From contig PPNB01000029.1 in NCBI GenBank assembly GCA_003707115.1, positions 1 through 64,000 of the forward strand: a DNA stretch of 64,000 bases, written 5' to 3'. Under the pieces are notes generated by a model, which had not been told where the DNA came from, ran no database searches, and was given only the letters and a program-made list of their open reading frames with translations. The stretch is from Tortispora ganteri. Its lineage: Eukaryota. How positions within the stretch are numbered: position 1 is the first letter of the stretch; each line of letters opens with the position of its first letter. Shown here piece by piece: positions 61,401-64,000 of the stretch. Both the position numbers and the translations under genes were made by a program.

Positions 61401-63420
61401 TTAACGGAGAGTCAGTTTTCCGTGGAACTGCATTCACTTGCACATATTTCTGAGTATCCTCTTCAGCAAGGAAATCAGAGATGCGGTCAATTGAGACTTT
61501 TGATTGGATAGCATTAATGAGCATATCAGCTATCTCGTCTAACGGACGACGCAGAAGATTGAAGAGCGTGATAGCAGTGAATGCCACTGGAATAGTCAAG
61601 TGGTTGCCAGCCCAAAAAGTGTAAGCACTAAAAGTGGCCATCGTAATAATAGGGGGAGCACCGTAGTAGTTCAAAGCAGAGAAAGTCCAAACTATGTACC
61701 TGCGTAGAAGAGCCTTCAGTTCTTTTTCTCTAGCTTTATTGACCTCATCGGCAAACAAGTCCTCCCATCCAAAGTATTTAATAATGCGGATACTTTGCAT
61801 TACTTCGTTTGTCACGTGAATACGGTCATCAGTTTTGCTCATGAGATTCGTTTGAGCTCTAGAGAACAGTTTTGAGCATATGTAAGAGCTAGGAAAGAGC
61901 AGTACTACTACTGCTGCACCACCAAGGAAAGACCAGCCTAGGAGCATATAAAGCATAGTCAAAGAGACAACAAGAGTTACAGCAGCTTGTACGAAGAAAT
62001 GTAGGTAAGCGCAAATTTCAGAAACCTTGTAGGCATCAACTGACATCAGGTTAATAATTTTACCCTGTTGAGCAGTGCCAGATATATTGCTAGAGTCCTC
62101 ATCATCGCCTTGTTCCGTGTCTTTTCCTTTAGGTGAGCTTTCTTCGGAATTTTCATCAGCATCGTTGTCGCTTGAAGAAGTGTAGACTCGACGACGCAGA
62201 GCTTTGGAGTATATCTCGGACACAAGGACGGCACGAATGCGAATACACAATATTCTTCCAACATAAAGGGCCTGACCAGAAAACGCAGAAGAGCATATTT
62301 GGCTGACGCCTAGACCGATTGCGTAGAGCCAAGACATTGAAGCACGGGCATTGGAAGGGTCTTCAATGTAGTCGAGGATTGCCTTCATGAGGTATATGGG
62401 GACGATATCGGAGAGAGCCGACAGGAATGCCCAGAAGAAAGCGAGGGATATTTCCTTTTTAAAGAACGATATGAGGGCCCAAGTCAAAGAAGAGTAAGAA
62501 CCGAACCTGCGGAAGTTATTAGCGACATAGACAGAATGATCTGCAGGGCGGACGTCAGGAACAGCATCCAGGTCAATGGATTTTTTGACGGAACCAAAGA
62601 TCAGGCTGTCTAAGAAAGTGTAAGTAGCCTTAGAGAGGATAGAGGCAGTGGGATCCGGGGCAGGGGCGGTACCCTTTTTATGTTCGATAATTGTGTTTGA
62701 GTTAGTGATTCGTGAGGTGGATACGGAAAGCAGCAACAAGGAGTGTAACGCAAAGTACCAGTAAAAAAGGCCAAAGAAGTAGGAGTCGCTGTGACCAAGT
62801 AGAGCGGATCTCCAGCAGAGCAGTGCACCCAAGTAAAGAAAGAATATGATAGAGGTGGAGTGGTACCAGAGTCTGCGGAGCGATTCGGAACGTGGGAGGA
62901 TGAGACGGACTAGATAGAGTAAAAACAGGTATGACCATACGGCCACAGAGCCATGAGCAGCTGCGAGGGCCGACGGGTTGCTATTGGTTAAGTTTGAGTA
63001 GGAGGAGCATGCGCAGAATAGGATAGCGAGGACACAAGCGAGTTCAATGAAATTGCGTAAACGTTTGTATTTGGGCGCGTCTACAGTGAGTACAGACTCT
63101 GTGACGTGCGAAAGGTCAATGACTTTTGACTGAGAAGCGGCCATAATGGAATCCGAAGTCAAAGGAGCATGGTGTACAGGGTCGATGGTACCATAAGAGG
63201 GAGATGAATCTGCAAGGAGAGGTGCATGAGGCTCAGATGCATCGCCACGCATCCATGTCCATTTAAGCAGTGTCTGGTAAGATAGAGACAACAAAGAAAC
63301 CAGTACGAGCAGGGCCGGTAGGTAGAGGCCTATATAGTAGCTACGTGTGCATTGCGAGAGGTCGTCACCGAGCCAGACGATAGGGCAGCTGGTGTTGGCA
63401 ATTGCAGGCTCTTCGAGCAT
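58477..63420 (-). CDS. YBT1: Vacuolar ABCC/MRP transporter, Ybt1/Bpt1/Vmr1 family
   Basis: TMD0 plus two TMD-NBD units (GPTGSGKT, LSGGQKQRISLARA, GRTGAGKS, LSHGQRQL) and NLMSVDAYKVSEICAYLH. Confidence 0.85.
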   Translation of the reverse strand: MLEEPAIANTSCPIVWLGDDLSQCTRSYYIGLYLPALLVLVSLLSLSYQTLLKWTWMRGDASEPHAPLLADSSPSYGTIDPVHHAPLTSDSIMAASQSKVIDLSHVTESVLTVDAPKYKRLRNFIELACVLAILFCACSSYSNLTNSNPSALAAAHGSVAVWSYLFLLYLVRLILPRSESLRRLWYHSTSIIFFLYLGALLCWRSALLGHSDSYFFGLFYWYFALHSLLLLSVSTSRITNSNTIIEHKKGTAPAPDPTASILSKATYTFLDSLIFGSVKKSIDLDAVPDVRPADHSVYVANNFRRFGSYSSLTWALISFFKKEISLAFFWAFLSALSDIVPIYLMKAILDYIEDPSNARASMSWLYAIGLGVSQICSSAFSGQALYVGRILCIRIRAVLVSEIYSKALRRRVYTSSSDNDADENSEESSPKGKDTEQGDDEDSSNISGTAQQGKIINLMSVDAYKVSEICAYLHFFVQAAVTLVVSLTMLYMLLGWSFLGGAAVVVLLFPSSYICSKLFSRAQTNLMSKTDDRIHVTNEVMQSIRIIKYFGWEDLFADEVNKAREKELKALLRRYIVWTFSALNYYGAPPIITMATFSAYTFWAGNHLTIPVAFTAITLFNLLRRPLDEIADMLINAIQSKVSIDRISDFLAEEDTQKYVQVNAVPRKTDSPLIGFESATIGWSSSDSSSDFKLRDISINFQEGQLTVITGPTGSGKTSLLMALLGEMNVYSGAVYLPGIGSREDLVPDPETKLINAVAYCAQQAWLLNDTIKNNILFSAPLDEDRYSKVIEACALQRDFDILDFGDETLVGEKGITLSGGQKQRISLARAIYSNAKHLLLDDCLSAVDSHTSLWIYEEALLGPLMSNRTCILVSHNVALTIRGASHVIVLKNGRVVGQGSPAEVSEKGLLGDDELIRDSVAQSSLVSRSHSTVNVMERKDDIVSSAITDRLAEQGMLEENVKPSDADSKKTDKIQPSNEETYAEGALSWEVYSVYLKALGPWYFWLLVAISFGSLQLMQVGQSYWIRAWARGVSYDTEVMPVVHVASSPLSSSSSWSLRMPFNYFGILRGSIATASIMNTADQGHSNLYYLVGYAILTVAFNIFTILREMVVFYGSLTASRRVFNRLLNAMLYAKLRFFDSTPLGRILNRFSKDIETIDQELAAISIYFFQTIISAITVIILVSVITPAFLIAAVFITLLYLVIGYLYLSASRALKRLDSVTKSPMFQNFGETLSGVATIRAYGDERRFLKKNFDMLDTNHRPFIYLWIANRWLSLRADITGALVSFFSAFFVFMAGDKIDSGLAGLSISYALTFNESLLWVVRMYSALEIDMNSVERIDEYIKVEQEAPAVIEDKRPPVDWPAHGHIVVQDLTLRYAPSLPTVINGVSFEVMPRAKVGIVGRTGAGKSTIISAFFRFLEAEKGRILIDGLDISGIGLRDLRHALTIIPQDPTLFAGTIKFNLDPFNMYSDQQIYEALRRVQLISNDYEQGRQENRANSGNENVNVFYDLEYSVEEGGSNLSHGQRQLMCLARSLLRMPKLILLDEATASIDYDTDARIQRTIREEFGQSTLLTIAHRLKSIIDYDMILVMDAGRAVEYDVPYNLLQKKDSIFRNMCENSGEFATLESMAEQAFKCRDQSKIAPSL

Positions 63421-63687
63421 CAATAATAGTTGTGCACTAATAGTATATGTACACAATAGATTATAAAAATCTTGTAATAGTGGTTAATTGAGCAGGGAAT
63501 GGCGATAGTGCGTACAATAAAGAGGGCCAAGGAGAGAGAAAGAGTGAAAAAAATAGTTCATATTTTGTACGGCAAAAAAATAAGGTTTTAACAGTTGGGA
63601 ACGGTCTTGAAATGTGTAAGTCCGCGCCGCACAATTGCTAAAATTAAAAAGTCATACCTTTTTTTTTGTGAAATTTTAACCGATCGA

Positions 63688-64000
63688 ATGAATGAAGACG
63701 CTGATTTAAAGAAAAAAAAACATTTAGAACGACTTGAACGGTTAAAGAAATGGAAACAGTCACGTGTCAACTCTGAGATTTCAATTGCAGTTAAGCAAAG
63801 TCCTACAATAACGACCAAACCTGTATCCATAAGTCTAGGTAAACATGTACGCAAACGACCTGCACAGTCTGCACGTGCAAAAGAATTCCTTGATACTGAC
63901 GATATAGACACACAAACGTATAAACGGCATAGGATTGATTTGTCTGATGATGATGAAACTGATTTAGGTGGTTTAGGTAACTCTCCTAGCGGTTCGAATG
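63688..64000 (+). CDS. 3'-truncated ORF, probably the N-terminus of DEAD-box helicase Prp5
   Basis: Open to the window end: MNEDADLKKKKHLERLERLKKWKQSR... The ERLxxWK motif recalls Prp5, but no helicase core is visible. Confidence 0.5.
   Translation, partial: MNEDADLKKKKHLERLERLKKWKQSRVNSEISIAVKQSPTITTKPVSISLGKHVRKRPAQSARAKEFLDTDDIDTQTYKRHRIDLSDDDETDLGGLGNSPSGSN

Noticed and set aside
191..63911. Many 60-240 aa ORFs overlapping or antisense to called genes (e.g. 28933-29559, 59018-59737, 63588-63911)
   Set aside because: Shadow ORFs of conserved CDSs with no independent protein features.

Overview
Eukaryotic DNA from a gene-dense budding yeast (Saccharomycotina). CUG reads as Leu at conserved positions and introns are few and short with GTAAGT-type donors. 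The compaction suggests a Dipodascomycetes lineage such as Wickerhamiella/Starmerella, which is inference only. The window holds 34 protein-coding genes, mostly recognisable housekeeping orthologues, from a 5'-truncated MSN5 to a 3'-truncated PRP5-like start. I resolved three spliced genes that the ORF track breaks (BET1, DSK2, GCS1). I found no tRNA, rRNA, transposon or CRISPR. Best leads: (1) a ~340-nt multi-branched structured element of unknown class between TMN3 and GCS1; (2) a DSK2 intron whose 138-nt branch-point-to-acceptor segment folds into one long hairpin hiding the decoy AGs; (3) a Dis3/Rrp44 that has lost 3 of 4 PIN endonuclease catalytic residues while keeping the exonuclease site; (4) a frameshifted relic of a tandem DUF4336 paralogue; (5) three RFX X-boxes at housekeeping promoters; (6) a Ure2 without the prion domain, with a GATAAG cluster upstream. 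All gene calls come from recalled family motifs and no database searches were run.
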